From: Candidatus Heimdallarchaeota archaeon
GTDB lineage: Archaea; Asgardarchaeota; Heimdallarchaeia; JABLTI01
DNA: 32,000 bases
Assembly (NCBI GenBank): GCA_030614005.1
Contig: JAUWKS010000026.1
Coordinates: 11,682-43,681 of the forward strand
Direction: 5' to 3'
Part shown: piece after piece, positions 9,311-18,253 of the stretch
Position numbering within the stretch: position 1 is the stretch's first letter
Layout: each line of letters opens with the position of its first letter
The notes under the pieces: model-generated
Database searches by the model: none
What the model was told of the DNA's origin: nothing
Seen by the model: the letters and a program-made list of their open reading frames with translations, nothing else
Made by a program: the position numbers and the translations under genes

Positions 9311-10054
9311 TTGACAAAGCATATCGGCCATATTTTTATGGAAATGACAAAATACAAACATCTCTCTGAATCTGATCAGAGAAAACGGGTATCTCATCCA
9401 CCCGTTGAACTTGACTATGATAAATCAAAAAAACCTATTGATTTACCAAAACCAGAAAAACTTAACATCCCAGAAATTGATTTGAAAAAAGCAATTGAAG
9501 AGAGAAAAAGTGTTAGAAAGTATGCAGATAAACCTCTAACTTTGGAAGAATTATCTTGGCTCCTCTGGGCTACTCAAGGAGTTAAAAAAACTAACCCACC
9601 TTACACATTAAGAACTGTTCCTTCAGCAGGTGCAAGACATGCTTTTGAAACATTGGTTCTTGTTAACAATGTTGAAGGATTAAAACCTGGATTGTACAGA
9701 TACTTGGCTCTCGAACACAAATTACTAGAATATATTATGGATGAAGGTATTAGAGAAAAATTAGTTGAAGCATCTTATGGTCAAAAAATGGTAATGGAAG
9801 GGAATGCTACATTCATTTGGGTTGCAGTTCCATATCGTATTGAATGGAGATATAGCGAAAGAAGTTATCGATATTTACACTTAGATGTAGGGCATGTTTG
9901 TCAGAATCTCTATTTAGCAGCAGAAAGTATTGATTCGGGTGTATGTGCAATAGCTGCATTTTATGACGACAAGATCAATGAAGCCGTTGATTTAGATGGT
10001 GAAACTCTATTCGTAATCTATCTCGCATCATTGGGTAAAAAAATAAGTGAATAA
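9311..10054 (+). CDS. SagB/ThcOx-family nitroreductase-like dehydrogenase (FMN-binding)
   Basis: RKSVRKY, LSWLLWATQG, RTVPSAGARH.FE, YRYLHLDVGHVCQNLYLAAE, CAIAAFYD motifs. Confidence 0.9.
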   Translation: MTKHIGHIFMEMTKYKHLSESDQRKRVSHPPVELDYDKSKKPIDLPKPEKLNIPEIDLKKAIEERKSVRKYADKPLTLEELSWLLWATQGVKKTNPPYTLRTVPSAGARHAFETLVLVNNVEGLKPGLYRYLALEHKLLEYIMDEGIREKLVEASYGQKMVMEGNATFIWVAVPYRIEWRYSERSYRYLHLDVGHVCQNLYLAAESIDSGVCAIAAFYDDKINEAVDLDGETLFVIYLASLGKKISE

Positions 10055-10077
10055 TTGGAACTAATTTATAGTTCCAA
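10055..10077. terminator. Bidirectional hairpin at a convergent gene junction
   Basis: Perfect 9-bp stem TTGGAACTA / TAGTTCCAA with a 5-nt loop, immediately after the TAA at 10052-10054 and followed by T-rich sequence. Confidence 0.55.
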
Positions 10078-10080
10078 ATT

Positions 10081-10263
10081 TTATTTCTTTTCAAATTCCA
10101 AAAAGAAGGTTTGACCTTGTTGTTCTTTTAGTAAGCCTATAACACCTTCTCCACCGGCACAGATATCTAATATCCAACCTTCTGCTTCGAAGTCTTTCAC
10201 TTTCACTACTTGCTGTTCCAGAACATGGAACTTTTCTAAATCTGGTCCTTCGCTCATTTTCAT
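10081..10263 (-). pseudogene. Truncated class I SAM-dependent methyltransferase fragment
   Basis: ILDICAGGEGVIGLLK resembles SAM-binding motif I, but the ORF ends about 15 residues later (60 aa total) against the convergent gene. Confidence 0.55.
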
Positions 10264-10270
10264 TCATCCT

Positions 10271-10846
10271 TTATGGTAATTTTTTAAACATAAATACTGA
10301 ATTATTGACTTGTACATTAATTGAAGAATTGGAATCATGTTTTGGCAAAACTATAATTGGATTTTCTATTTCGAGAGAAGTGATTTCATAATTGCGTTCA
10401 AAGTTTTCACTTTTATATAGATTGATTGCCTTAACATTGTTAGAATGAACTTTCAAATAGACTTGCTTCAAGTTATATTTGTGAGCTTGCTCTACCGCGT
10501 GGTTGAATAATTTTCTAGCAAATCCTTGTCTACGATATTCGGGGTGGGTCATTACGTTGCTAATTGTGCCTTGTGTTCTGTTTATTGTAAGTGATGATGC
10601 ACTCACAATTTTATCCTCAACCTTGATGAGATAGGTATTCATTCTATTTCCAAAAAATCTCATTCGTATTTTATAGCTTGGTTTGATGAGTTTTCTTAAA
10701 GTACACCTTACTTGATGATAATCTATACTTTGCGATTCAATACAATGAATAAAGCAAAGCTCCATTAATTCAAGAAATTCGTTTATATCTCCCTTTTTTA
10801 ACTGAGTAATTTCTTGTTTTGGATGGCGTTTAATGATATACTTCAT
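10271..10846 (-). CDS. GNAT-family N-acetyltransferase
   Basis: Acetyl-CoA motif VMTHPEYRRQGFARKL and V..NN..AINLY...F. Confidence 0.88.
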   Translation of the reverse strand: MKYIIKRHPKQEITQLKKGDINEFLELMELCFIHCIESQSIDYHQVRCTLRKLIKPSYKIRMRFFGNRMNTYLIKVEDKIVSASSLTINRTQGTISNVMTHPEYRRQGFARKLFNHAVEQAHKYNLKQVYLKVHSNNVKAINLYKSENFERNYEITSLEIENPIIVLPKHDSNSSINVQVNNSVFMFKKLP

Positions 10847-11026
10847 ACTTTCTCAAGTAAGATTATGTACTGGGCAGTTTTAATGAAGTTACTGGGTAGA
10901 AGTGGTCAGTGAAAGAATTTTAATTCCATTTCTAGGTTGTAGATAATTTTTTTATATTTTTGTTTGCATTAAATTAATTGCTCAATCAATAATTATATTG
11001 GGTATCTTAAAACCTGGGGAATATTC

Positions 11027-12217
11027 ATGAAAGGTAAAATCAGTAAACTCGTGGATTCAAATAAAAGAGAAATAGTTTGTTTATTACAAAAATTAATACA
11101 GATTCCATCAACAACAGGAAATGAAGGTGAAATAATAAAATTTCTCGAAAAAGAAATGAAAATAATTGGTTTTAAAGAAGTAACTGTTGATAAAATGGGA
11201 AATCTAATTGGCAGGATTGGGAATGGTCCTCGAATTCTTGCAATAGATGGGCATGTAGATACTGTAGAGATAGGCAAACAGAGCTATTGGAAATTTGATC
11301 CTCTTGGCGGAACGGAGTATAATGATAACATCTATGGTCGAGGAGCTTGTGATCAAAAAGGTGGAATTGCTTCAGCATTAATGGCAGTGAAAATTCTCAA
11401 GGAAATAGGTATACCAGATGAATTAACGATTTATTTTGTGGCTAGCGTTCATGAAGAACCTTATGAAGGAGCAAATTGGCAATTTATACTCGAAAATTCC
11501 GAAATGCATCCTCATGCAGTACTCTTAACTGAGCCTTCTAATTTAATGATAAGTATTGGACAACGGGGAAGAGTTGAATTCAAAATAAAAGTCAAAGGAC
11601 TCTCGAGTCATGGTGCAGAACCAGATGCTGGAATAAATGCCATTTACAAGATGAACCCTATAATAACTGAACTTGAAAAATTTCACGAAAATATGGCAAT
11701 AGATCCCATATTTGGAAAAGGGACATTGACAATAACTGAAATAAAATCAACTTCTGTGTCTCTAAATGCAGTAGCTGATAGCTGTACAATACATATAGAT
11801 AGACGACTGGGTTCAGAAGAAACTCTAGACAAAGTCATTAATGAGATTAAAAATCTGAAAAGTGTAATAGATGCAGAAGCTGATGTGTTTGTACCAGAGT
11901 ACGCTGTGAAATCGTACAAAAATCATTCATTTGAAGTGATCAGTTTTTATCCATCATGGATACAGGACAAATCACATGAATTAGTACAGAGTGCAAAAAG
12001 CGCTTTTGAGTACCAATTTGGGGATCCACCACAAATTGGTACATGGCGTTTTTCAACAAATGGTGTTGCAACAAAAGGAAGGAACAATATCCCAACAATA
12101 GGTTTTGGACCCGGAGAGGAGAGATTTGCACATACCTATGAAGAACATGTGCCAATAGAACATTTATTGAAAGCATGTGAATTCTATACTGCATTTATGC
12201 TAGAGTATGCAAAATAA
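11027..12217 (+). CDS. M20-family metallohydrolase, YgeY-like (ArgE/DapE group)
   Basis: DGHVDTV, GRGACDQKGG, VHEE, EPS..GQRGR.E, SSHGAEP, STNGV, IPTIGFGPG.E..AH motifs. Confidence 0.88.
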   Translation: MKGKISKLVDSNKREIVCLLQKLIQIPSTTGNEGEIIKFLEKEMKIIGFKEVTVDKMGNLIGRIGNGPRILAIDGHVDTVEIGKQSYWKFDPLGGTEYNDNIYGRGACDQKGGIASALMAVKILKEIGIPDELTIYFVASVHEEPYEGANWQFILENSEMHPHAVLLTEPSNLMISIGQRGRVEFKIKVKGLSSHGAEPDAGINAIYKMNPIITELEKFHENMAIDPIFGKGTLTITEIKSTSVSLNAVADSCTIHIDRRLGSEETLDKVINEIKNLKSVIDAEADVFVPEYAVKSYKNHSFEVISFYPSWIQDKSHELVQSAKSAFEYQFGDPPQIGTWRFSTNGVATKGRNNIPTIGFGPGEERFAHTYEEHVPIEHLLKACEFYTAFMLEYAK

Positions 12218-12369
12218 AAAAAGAAAATTCTCTAAACTTTCTTCTTGAAGAATTAATATTAGAGTACAAATTACTATTTTCTCTAGAAAAAAAATGTTTT
12301 TTATTTTTGTCGATAAAATAAACTTTATATTTCAATATTCGAGATAGTATTTCGGATTATATACAAAAG

Positions 12370-12879
12370 ATGGTGGTCATAATTATTAAACCGTTGAGTT
12401 TATGTTTAGTTCAAATGGGTAAAAAAGGATTAGAACTTGTTAAAACACATCCCAAAGTTTTACCAGATGAAGTTCTAAGTGAGATTACTTACAAAAGCAT
12501 GCCAATGGGTGCAAAATCTGGCGATTTTTCATCAGCAGGTATTGGTAGTTTTTATTATTCCAGTTATGTTTTCAAACTTCCTCAAGATGAAGGGAGAGAT
12601 AACATAGGAACAATAGTTGCTATTTTTCCTAACATGGATTATGATATAGATGGAATAAGGAAACTCTTCACAGTGATTGTAAAAGAGCTTGAAGGAAAAG
12701 CTTTTCTTAGAATGGAGATTATGAAAGAAATACTACCAAACCTCTATGATGGTTTTAGTAAAGGTAGAATTAACATTAAAATTAGTTCCTCAACCTCAAT
12801 CTCTATTGATTTTTCTGATGAAAATGAAGAAAAGGTTGTTGATGAGTCAAAGGCTTTTTCAGATGATTTATGGAAATAA
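12370..12879 (+). CDS. Longin/uDENN-like domain protein
   Basis: Beta-alpha-beta-alpha pattern LSLCLVQMGKKGLELVKTHP...EITYKSMPMGAKSGDF...YSSYVF...IVAIF, resembling the N-termini of the 21374-22627 and 26930-27652 proteins; first gene of an operon with an Arf-like GTPase. Confidence 0.6.
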   Translation: MVVIIIKPLSLCLVQMGKKGLELVKTHPKVLPDEVLSEITYKSMPMGAKSGDFSSAGIGSFYYSSYVFKLPQDEGRDNIGTIVAIFPNMDYDIDGIRKLFTVIVKELEGKAFLRMEIMKEILPNLYDGFSKGRINIKISSSTSISIDFSDENEEKVVDESKAFSDDLWK

Positions 12880-12883
12880 CTAG

Positions 12884-13435
12884 GTGGAAAACTACAACAT
12901 GTCATTCTTACTTAATCTTTTTAGAAGCAAGAACAGAGAAGTAGACGTCACAATCTGCGGTTTAGACAATGCAGGGAAAACTACTATTGTCAAGTACCTG
13001 GAAACAGGGGAATTCGTTGAAACACAACCAACAATGGGCATAAATAGAGGCGAATCTATACACTCAGGAAAAATAGAGATAAATGTTTTCGATTTAGGTG
13101 GACAGGAGGATTTCAGGCAGCTTTGGTCAGAAGTAAACGAAAAATCTGATGGTATTGTCTATGTAGTGGATAAGACCGATGTTATGCGTTTTGAAGAATC
13201 ATACAACGTCTTTCATAATGTGCTTAAAAGCCAACTCCATAAGGATATAAAAATACTTGTTCTTTTACACAAAAGTGACGAACCTGAAGGTTTAGAGAGA
13301 AATAGATTCATAAAAGAATTTGGTTTGCTTGAAATGCCCTTTCAATGGGCTTGTTATGAAACATCTGCAAAAACAGGCGAAAACATCTATGAAGCTTTCA
13401 AATGGTTTGTAGAGTCACTAAAGGAGGTCAGCTGA
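12884..13435 (+). CDS. Arf/Arl-family small GTPase
   Basis: G1 GLDNAGKT, G2 PTMG, G3 DLGGQ, G4 variant HKSD, G5 TSAK. Likely start is ATG 12899 (AGGTGG SD), giving an amphipathic N-terminus MSFLLNLFR with no Gly2. Confidence 0.92.
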   Translation: MENYNMSFLLNLFRSKNREVDVTICGLDNAGKTTIVKYLETGEFVETQPTMGINRGESIHSGKIEINVFDLGGQEDFRQLWSEVNEKSDGIVYVVDKTDVMRFEESYNVFHNVLKSQLHKDIKILVLLHKSDEPEGLERNRFIKEFGLLEMPFQWACYETSAKTGENIYEAFKWFVESLKEVS

Positions 13436-13436
13436 C

Positions 13437-14252
13437 TTGGTTTTAGAAACTGTTTCGTTGTTTTATGTTGTTGTTTCTTGGTTACTAACTGGAGTTATTT
13501 TCACCTTAGTTATTGCCCTTCTTACTAATTTCCTGAAAAAGAAAACAACAGGAACGCTTCTGCTTGCTATCATCTATATTATCTTTTTTATCTCTAGACT
13601 CTCCATAACCATGAGTTATCAATTACAACTATTGGGATTAAAAGAAAGTAAAGTTACTTTAATTATTCTTGCAATAGCAACTACAACTGCATTAGCTGCT
13701 GTTACTTTTCTGTATATCTTCTCTTGCAGGCACCTCTTGAAGGATGGCGAAGTACTTAAATTAGTAACGTTTTTCCTTTTAGCAGCGTATTGGGCAGCTC
13801 TTCTTACAATATCTGTATCTGATGTTTTGCTTCCTGTAGATGAACGTTGGGCAATTCGTATTACTGATTTTACACTCGATCTTCAGAACATTTCATTTGT
13901 ATCTGTTTTAATTGTTTTTCAAGTAGTTATTCAGTCAATAATCTTTTTGAGAATTATTATTCGTGCATTCATCATAGCCAAACGAACAGATGAGATAACA
14001 AGAAAAAGAGGATTGCAAATGATTGGATGGGGGTTATTAGTGTACTTTATAGGCGGTTTGATAGGTGGTATCTTTTACGCTTTACAGGTAGAAAGTGGTG
14101 CCTTAGCCTTCACTCTATGGGCATTTAGAAGTTTAATATTATTAACAGCATATATTATGATGTATATTGGATGGCTTCTCCCAGATTGGTTCCGTAAAAG
14201 AGTTAGAAAGAAAACTTGGTTTGAACAAAAGTTAATTGTTGATTCAAGTTAA
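13437..14252 (+). CDS. Stand-alone 7TM membrane protein (receptor-like)
   Basis: Seven hydrophobic segments (approx. aa 6-29, 40-59, 73-97, 107-127, 152-175, 192-216, 223-248); basic loops after TM1, TM3, TM5 and TM7; TTG start with GGAGGT SD, 1 nt after the GTPase stop. Confidence 0.85.
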   Translation: MVLETVSLFYVVVSWLLTGVIFTLVIALLTNFLKKKTTGTLLLAIIYIIFFISRLSITMSYQLQLLGLKESKVTLIILAIATTTALAAVTFLYIFSCRHLLKDGEVLKLVTFFLLAAYWAALLTISVSDVLLPVDERWAIRITDFTLDLQNISFVSVLIVFQVVIQSIIFLRIIIRAFIIAKRTDEITRKRGLQMIGWGLLVYFIGGLIGGIFYALQVESGALAFTLWAFRSLILLTAYIMMYIGWLLPDWFRKRVRKKTWFEQKLIVDSS

Positions 14253-14287
14253 TTTGAGGAGTATTTGCTCCTCCAAATAATTTTTTT
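14252..14287 (+). terminator. Hairpin plus T-tract terminator of the longin-GTPase-7TM operon
   Basis: GAGGAG-TATTTG-CTCCTC stem (extends to TTTG/CAAA with one bulge), followed by a T run at 14281-14287. Confidence 0.55.
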
Positions 14288-14501
14288 AAATGTGCTAATT
14301 TGTGCTCAATCTTTGGTAGCTATTGTAAAACTACTTGACATAGTAGATTTATCAATCTCTTTTTGTGGAATTTCTGTAATCTACTTTCTATCATTTATTT
14401 ATACTTTATTGTTTCTTCTTGGAAGAATTTTTTTTGCCGTTTGTGCAAGAAGGGTCTATAAGACCAAATATCTTTGTAAATAGTATAATAGAAAAATATG
14501 A

Positions 14502-15104
14502 GTGAAACAAAAATTGGTAAATACCCTCAAAAAAGATCAATTAAAAATTCTGATTAATTTAAGAGAGGTATTAAGACAAGAGATACCGCTCGAGATAGAT
14601 TTCCCTACTGATAAGAAAGTGTACTTTGTTGAAAGTGAAGGTTTTATCGTTACATTAACACTAAACGATTTAAATTTAAAATCCCTTCCTGAAGAGCTAG
14701 CTGAACTAAAAGAAATCGTTGTCCTAAATTTAGCAAATAATAATTTTAAGAGAGTACCAGAGGTGATTCAAAAAATAACTAAATTATCAATTTTGGATAT
14801 GGCTTTTAATCAATTGAATGAAATTCCTAAATGGTTAGGAGAACTGGGAAATCTAAGAGAGCTCCGATTAAACAACAATCAGTTATATTCCCTTCCAAGT
14901 TCAATTGGAGGTTTAACCATTCTGAGGCGCCTTTGTCTGCAATCCAATAGTATTCACTCTCTACCTTTTGAAATTTTGGAATTACAACTTTTAGAAGAAA
15001 TTCATCTGGATTTTAGGTCAACTATTAGAAAGTCAATGAAGATGATTCTTAGCAACTTAGAAAGTAATGGTTGTGTAATTAGAAATAATTATAATAGACG
15101 GTAA
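14502..15104 (+). CDS. Leucine-rich repeat protein
   Basis: About 5 LRRs (LxxLxLxxNxLxxLP), e.g. LRELRLNNNQLYSLP, LRRLCLQSNSIHSLP. Confidence 0.9.
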   Translation: MKQKLVNTLKKDQLKILINLREVLRQEIPLEIDFPTDKKVYFVESEGFIVTLTLNDLNLKSLPEELAELKEIVVLNLANNNFKRVPEVIQKITKLSILDMAFNQLNEIPKWLGELGNLRELRLNNNQLYSLPSSIGGLTILRRLCLQSNSIHSLPFEILELQLLEEIHLDFRSTIRKSMKMILSNLESNGCVIRNNYNRR

Positions 15105-15322
15105 AAAAGAAGTGATATTGGAGAAACTTGTTGCAAGATCTCTAATAGGGTTCATCTACTTCTTAGCAAACGAAATTTTGAATTTTGTTCATAAAAATGG
15201 TTAATTACGGTATTTGTAGAATAAAGTCTACTTTTATAATATTAATTGACAATCAATATATTGAGAGGATGGGGATTCATTGGTGAAACACAGGGCATCA
15301 AAATTAATTCTTGTTATACTTG

Positions 15323-16312
15323 TTATATCTTGTCTTTCTTTTTGGAGTTCCTTCTCCATTCTTTATAATAGCGTGATTGTTTCAATAAATAGCTCTTAGC
15401 AATAGGCCTGAACAATTTGGCGAAGAAACTTACTGTTCTTGTTTTACTCTTCATTTCAGAAATAATATCTTCAAATGAATAATGTTGATATTGTAATAGC
15501 TCTTGACTTTCATCAGTATCCATGAAAGCACAGTGAAAGTCATTGTTTCCAAAAGCTATTTCTGGTAGTTTTCCTATACCCATTGTTGTTAACATCGCAC
15601 TAATAAATTCCTTATACGTTAATCTGCAACTTTCTCCACCGGCAATGTGCCAAACTTTATTCCAAATCTCAACTTTCTCGAGAGCATTTACAACTGCTAG
15701 TGCTGCATCTTTTAAATGAATGAGCTCCATATTTGTATCAAGAGGAACATCAAACATCATCGGATCCATTTTTAGATTGTCTATATTGGGCATAAAACCA
15801 AAACGAAAGATAGACCATTGTAATGATGATTTCAAAATTATTTCTTCAGCTAAAACCTTTTGTTGGGCATAGATGTCATCTGAATTTGGATTTGGAGGTT
15901 CATCAGGAGATAAAATGCAAGTACCTCTTTTTCTTACATCACCATAGACAGCAACAGATGATGGAAAAATCAATTTTGTATTCTGATCTGATTGTTTAAT
16001 AGCCTCCACAATATTATCTGTTCCACATACATTGACCTCTCGAGAGTAATCTAAAGAAATAGAATTAAATTTAGGAGGAACAATGGCTGCTAAATGTAAA
16101 ACCAAATCCTGATTATGAACTGCCTTGACTACATCATCAAAATTTCGTATGTCCCCAAATAATATTTCAATTTGATTTCGATATTTTTTAGCAACTTGTT
16201 TCGACTTGCGACTGTTTGTTGAAAAGCACGTTATTATATGATCTGACTTAACTAGTAAATCAAGTATATGTGAACCTAAACTACCAAAAGCTCCAGTAAC
16301 CAATATTTTCAT
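15323..16312 (-). CDS. NAD(P)-dependent epimerase/dehydratase (extended SDR), paralog 1
   Basis: TGAFGSLG, HLAA, VNVCGT, SSVAVYG, YAQQK (YxxxK). Confidence 0.9.
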   Translation of the reverse strand: MKILVTGAFGSLGSHILDLLVKSDHIITCFSTNSRKSKQVAKKYRNQIEILFGDIRNFDDVVKAVHNQDLVLHLAAIVPPKFNSISLDYSREVNVCGTDNIVEAIKQSDQNTKLIFPSSVAVYGDVRKRGTCILSPDEPPNPNSDDIYAQQKVLAEEIILKSSLQWSIFRFGFMPNIDNLKMDPMMFDVPLDTNMELIHLKDAALAVVNALEKVEIWNKVWHIAGGESCRLTYKEFISAMLTTMGIGKLPEIAFGNNDFHCAFMDTDESQELLQYQHYSFEDIISEMKSKTRTVSFFAKLFRPIAKSYLLKQSRYYKEWRRNSKKKDKI

Positions 16313-17280
16313 TCTTTGTCCTCTTGTTTTTTAAGATTTTTTTTATAATACGGTGATTGATGTAATATAAATCTATGAATAATAGGTCTAAGTAATTTAG
16401 TAATTGATATTACGAGTTTATTATATTTTCTCATATCAGAAATTATATCATCATAAGAATGGTGCTGATAATTTAGTAACTCATTGCTTTCTTCAGAACT
16501 CAAAAAGGAGCTATGATAAATACTACCACCAAAAGCTTCATCAGGAATTGTCCCAATGCCCATTGCTTTCATTGTTGAATTAACAAAATTGTGATAATTT
16601 AACCTGCAATTTGGTCCTCCAGCAATATGCAATGTTTTATTCCAGATTTTTTCATTGGTTAAACCATTCGCAAATGCTAAACCAACATCAGAAGGATGTA
16701 GTAATTCGATATATGTATCAATTGGCACATCAAACATTTTTGCATCATACATTAACTCCTTTACAGGTGGGATTACTCCGAGAACAAATATCGAATAAGT
16801 GAGATCTGATTGTTTTATTAAATTCATACATTCAACTTTATGTTTTGAGTAATCATCAACTGGGTTTGGTTTTTCATTGGTTCTGATTGGTTGATGCTTA
16901 TCCCTTGTATCTCCGAATATTGCAACTGAAGATGCGAAAATAAGTTTAGGAGGTGTCGCTAGATTTCTTGCTGATTCAATAATATTTTTTGTTCCTGTTA
17001 CATTTACCTCTGTTGCTTCCTTTCTGTTTTTATCATTTATTGGTGGCAAAAAATAAGCCAAGTGTATTATCAAATCTATATCCACAACTGCTTTTGAAAC
17101 ATCCTCTTTTTTACAAATATCTCCCCAAACAATATCAAATTTTTTTCTAAACCGCTTGGAGTTTTTTTTAGTTTTCTTTGTTTTAATATCAAAACATCGT
17201 ACATTAAAACCCCTATTTTCTAGTGACTCCAATATACTGGAACCAATTAAACCGAAGGCACCAGTTATTAATACATTCAT
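16309..17280 (-). CDS. NAD(P)-dependent epimerase/dehydratase (extended SDR), paralog 2
   Basis: TGAFGLIG, VNVTGT, SSVAIFG, YSKHK; ATGA stop/start overlap with paralog 1. Confidence 0.9.
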   Translation of the reverse strand: MNVLITGAFGLIGSSILESLENRGFNVRCFDIKTKKTKKNSKRFRKKFDIVWGDICKKEDVSKAVVDIDLIIHLAYFLPPINDKNRKEATEVNVTGTKNIIESARNLATPPKLIFASSVAIFGDTRDKHQPIRTNEKPNPVDDYSKHKVECMNLIKQSDLTYSIFVLGVIPPVKELMYDAKMFDVPIDTYIELLHPSDVGLAFANGLTNEKIWNKTLHIAGGPNCRLNYHNFVNSTMKAMGIGTIPDEAFGGSIYHSSFLSSEESNELLNYQHHSYDDIISDMRKYNKLVISITKLLRPIIHRFILHQSPYYKKNLKKQEDKE

Positions 17281-17439
17281 TATAATCCCGGTTTGAATAG
17301 ATATTCTAATGTATTCCTCTATTTAGCTTAAAGGTATATTGGAAATTAATCAATTAAATTCATTTTCTCTTTTTGAGTGGGTTTAAATAATCGATTAAAC
17401 CGTTATTATTTACTACTAGGGTAGTAACTAAAATATTCG

Positions 17440-18225
17440 GTGAAAAAAATGAGTCAAAGTTTTTGTATAAAATGTGGAAATAAACAAAATATCAATACGC
17501 AATTCTGCCGCAAATGTGGCATAGAGGTTCAAAATGACGAACAAAGAAAAGTAACTCAAGTTCAACCAAGAGTTGTTCAAGAACGACATCCATTATTAGA
17601 AGTAAGTTTTTTTGGAGTGTACAAAGATGGAAGAACGTATTTGAATTTACTTTACTTGATACTATTATTCCCATTAGGAATCACATATTTCGTTTATTCA
17701 GTAACATGTTTCTCAACTTTCGTAGGGTTAATCCCAATAATAGTCGGGATCCTTCTTTTGTATTTCTTTCTCATAAGTTTGCCATATCTAATGAATGTTC
17801 AATCATGGCTTACAAAAACATTAGTTGGAATTAATAGTCCAATGCAACAAATACACTTTGCTAAAGAAGGAACGACAACAGAAAAAGCTCAGGCATCTCT
17901 GAAAAATAAATCGATTTACAAGTCATTGCTTTACTTTTTGCTTTTAGCTATGCCATTAGGAATCATCACTTTTACTGTTGCAGTAACATTGATTTCTACA
18001 TCTCTAGGATTGATGTTTTCATGGTCGGCATTGATTGTTGAATATGTATTAGAAGGGCAACTCATTACTGTTGACTGGTATCCTATTTTACCCAATTGGA
18101 TTTGGATTGCGGCACACATAATAATTCCATTTATTGGTTTCTATCTGTTAACCGTTTCATTACATATTCTAAACAGAATGGCAATCTTTCATGGAAAACT
18201 AGTAAGTAAAATTTTATCTGAATAA
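17440..18225 (+). CDS. Zinc-ribbon plus 'putative sensor'-type membrane domain protein
   Basis: N-terminal FCIKCG...FCRKCG ribbon, then a 4-TM region (LLYLILLFPLGITYF...LLYFLLLAMPLGIITF) resembling the sensor domain found N-terminal to actinobacterial histidine kinases. Likely start ATG 17449. Confidence 0.75.
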   Translation: MKKMSQSFCIKCGNKQNINTQFCRKCGIEVQNDEQRKVTQVQPRVVQERHPLLEVSFFGVYKDGRTYLNLLYLILLFPLGITYFVYSVTCFSTFVGLIPIIVGILLLYFFLISLPYLMNVQSWLTKTLVGINSPMQQIHFAKEGTTTEKAQASLKNKSIYKSLLYFLLLAMPLGIITFTVAVTLISTSLGLMFSWSALIVEYVLEGQLITVDWYPILPNWIWIAAHIIIPFIGFYLLTVSLHILNRMAIFHGKLVSKILSE

Positions 18226-18230
18226 TGTGT

Positions 18231-18253
18231 GAGTAATTGATTACCAATTACTC
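18231..18253. terminator. Bidirectional hairpin at a convergent gene junction
   Basis: Perfect 9-bp stem GAGTAATTG / CAATTACTC with a 5-nt loop, between the TAA at 18223-18225 and overlapping the opposite-strand stop at 18248-18250. Confidence 0.55.

Noticed and set aside
9311-10054. SagB-like gene as a sign of a thiazole/oxazole RiPP cluster
   Set aside because: No YcaO, precursor peptide or transporter is adjacent; stand-alone SagB-like nitroreductases are common.
11027-12217. YgeY-linked selenium/purine catabolism cluster
   Set aside because: None of the usual partner genes (carbamoyltransferase, diaminopropionate ammonia-lyase, Mo-hydroxylase) are in the window.
13437-14252. Microbial rhodopsin or true GPCR ortholog
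   Set aside because: No retinal-binding Lys in TM7 and no DRY/NPxxY motifs; only the topology is GPCR-like.
14265-14483. 72-aa hydrophobic ORF between the 7TM and LRR genes
   Set aside because: Starts inside the terminator hairpin; hydrophobicity is explained by T-rich intergenic DNA; no motif.
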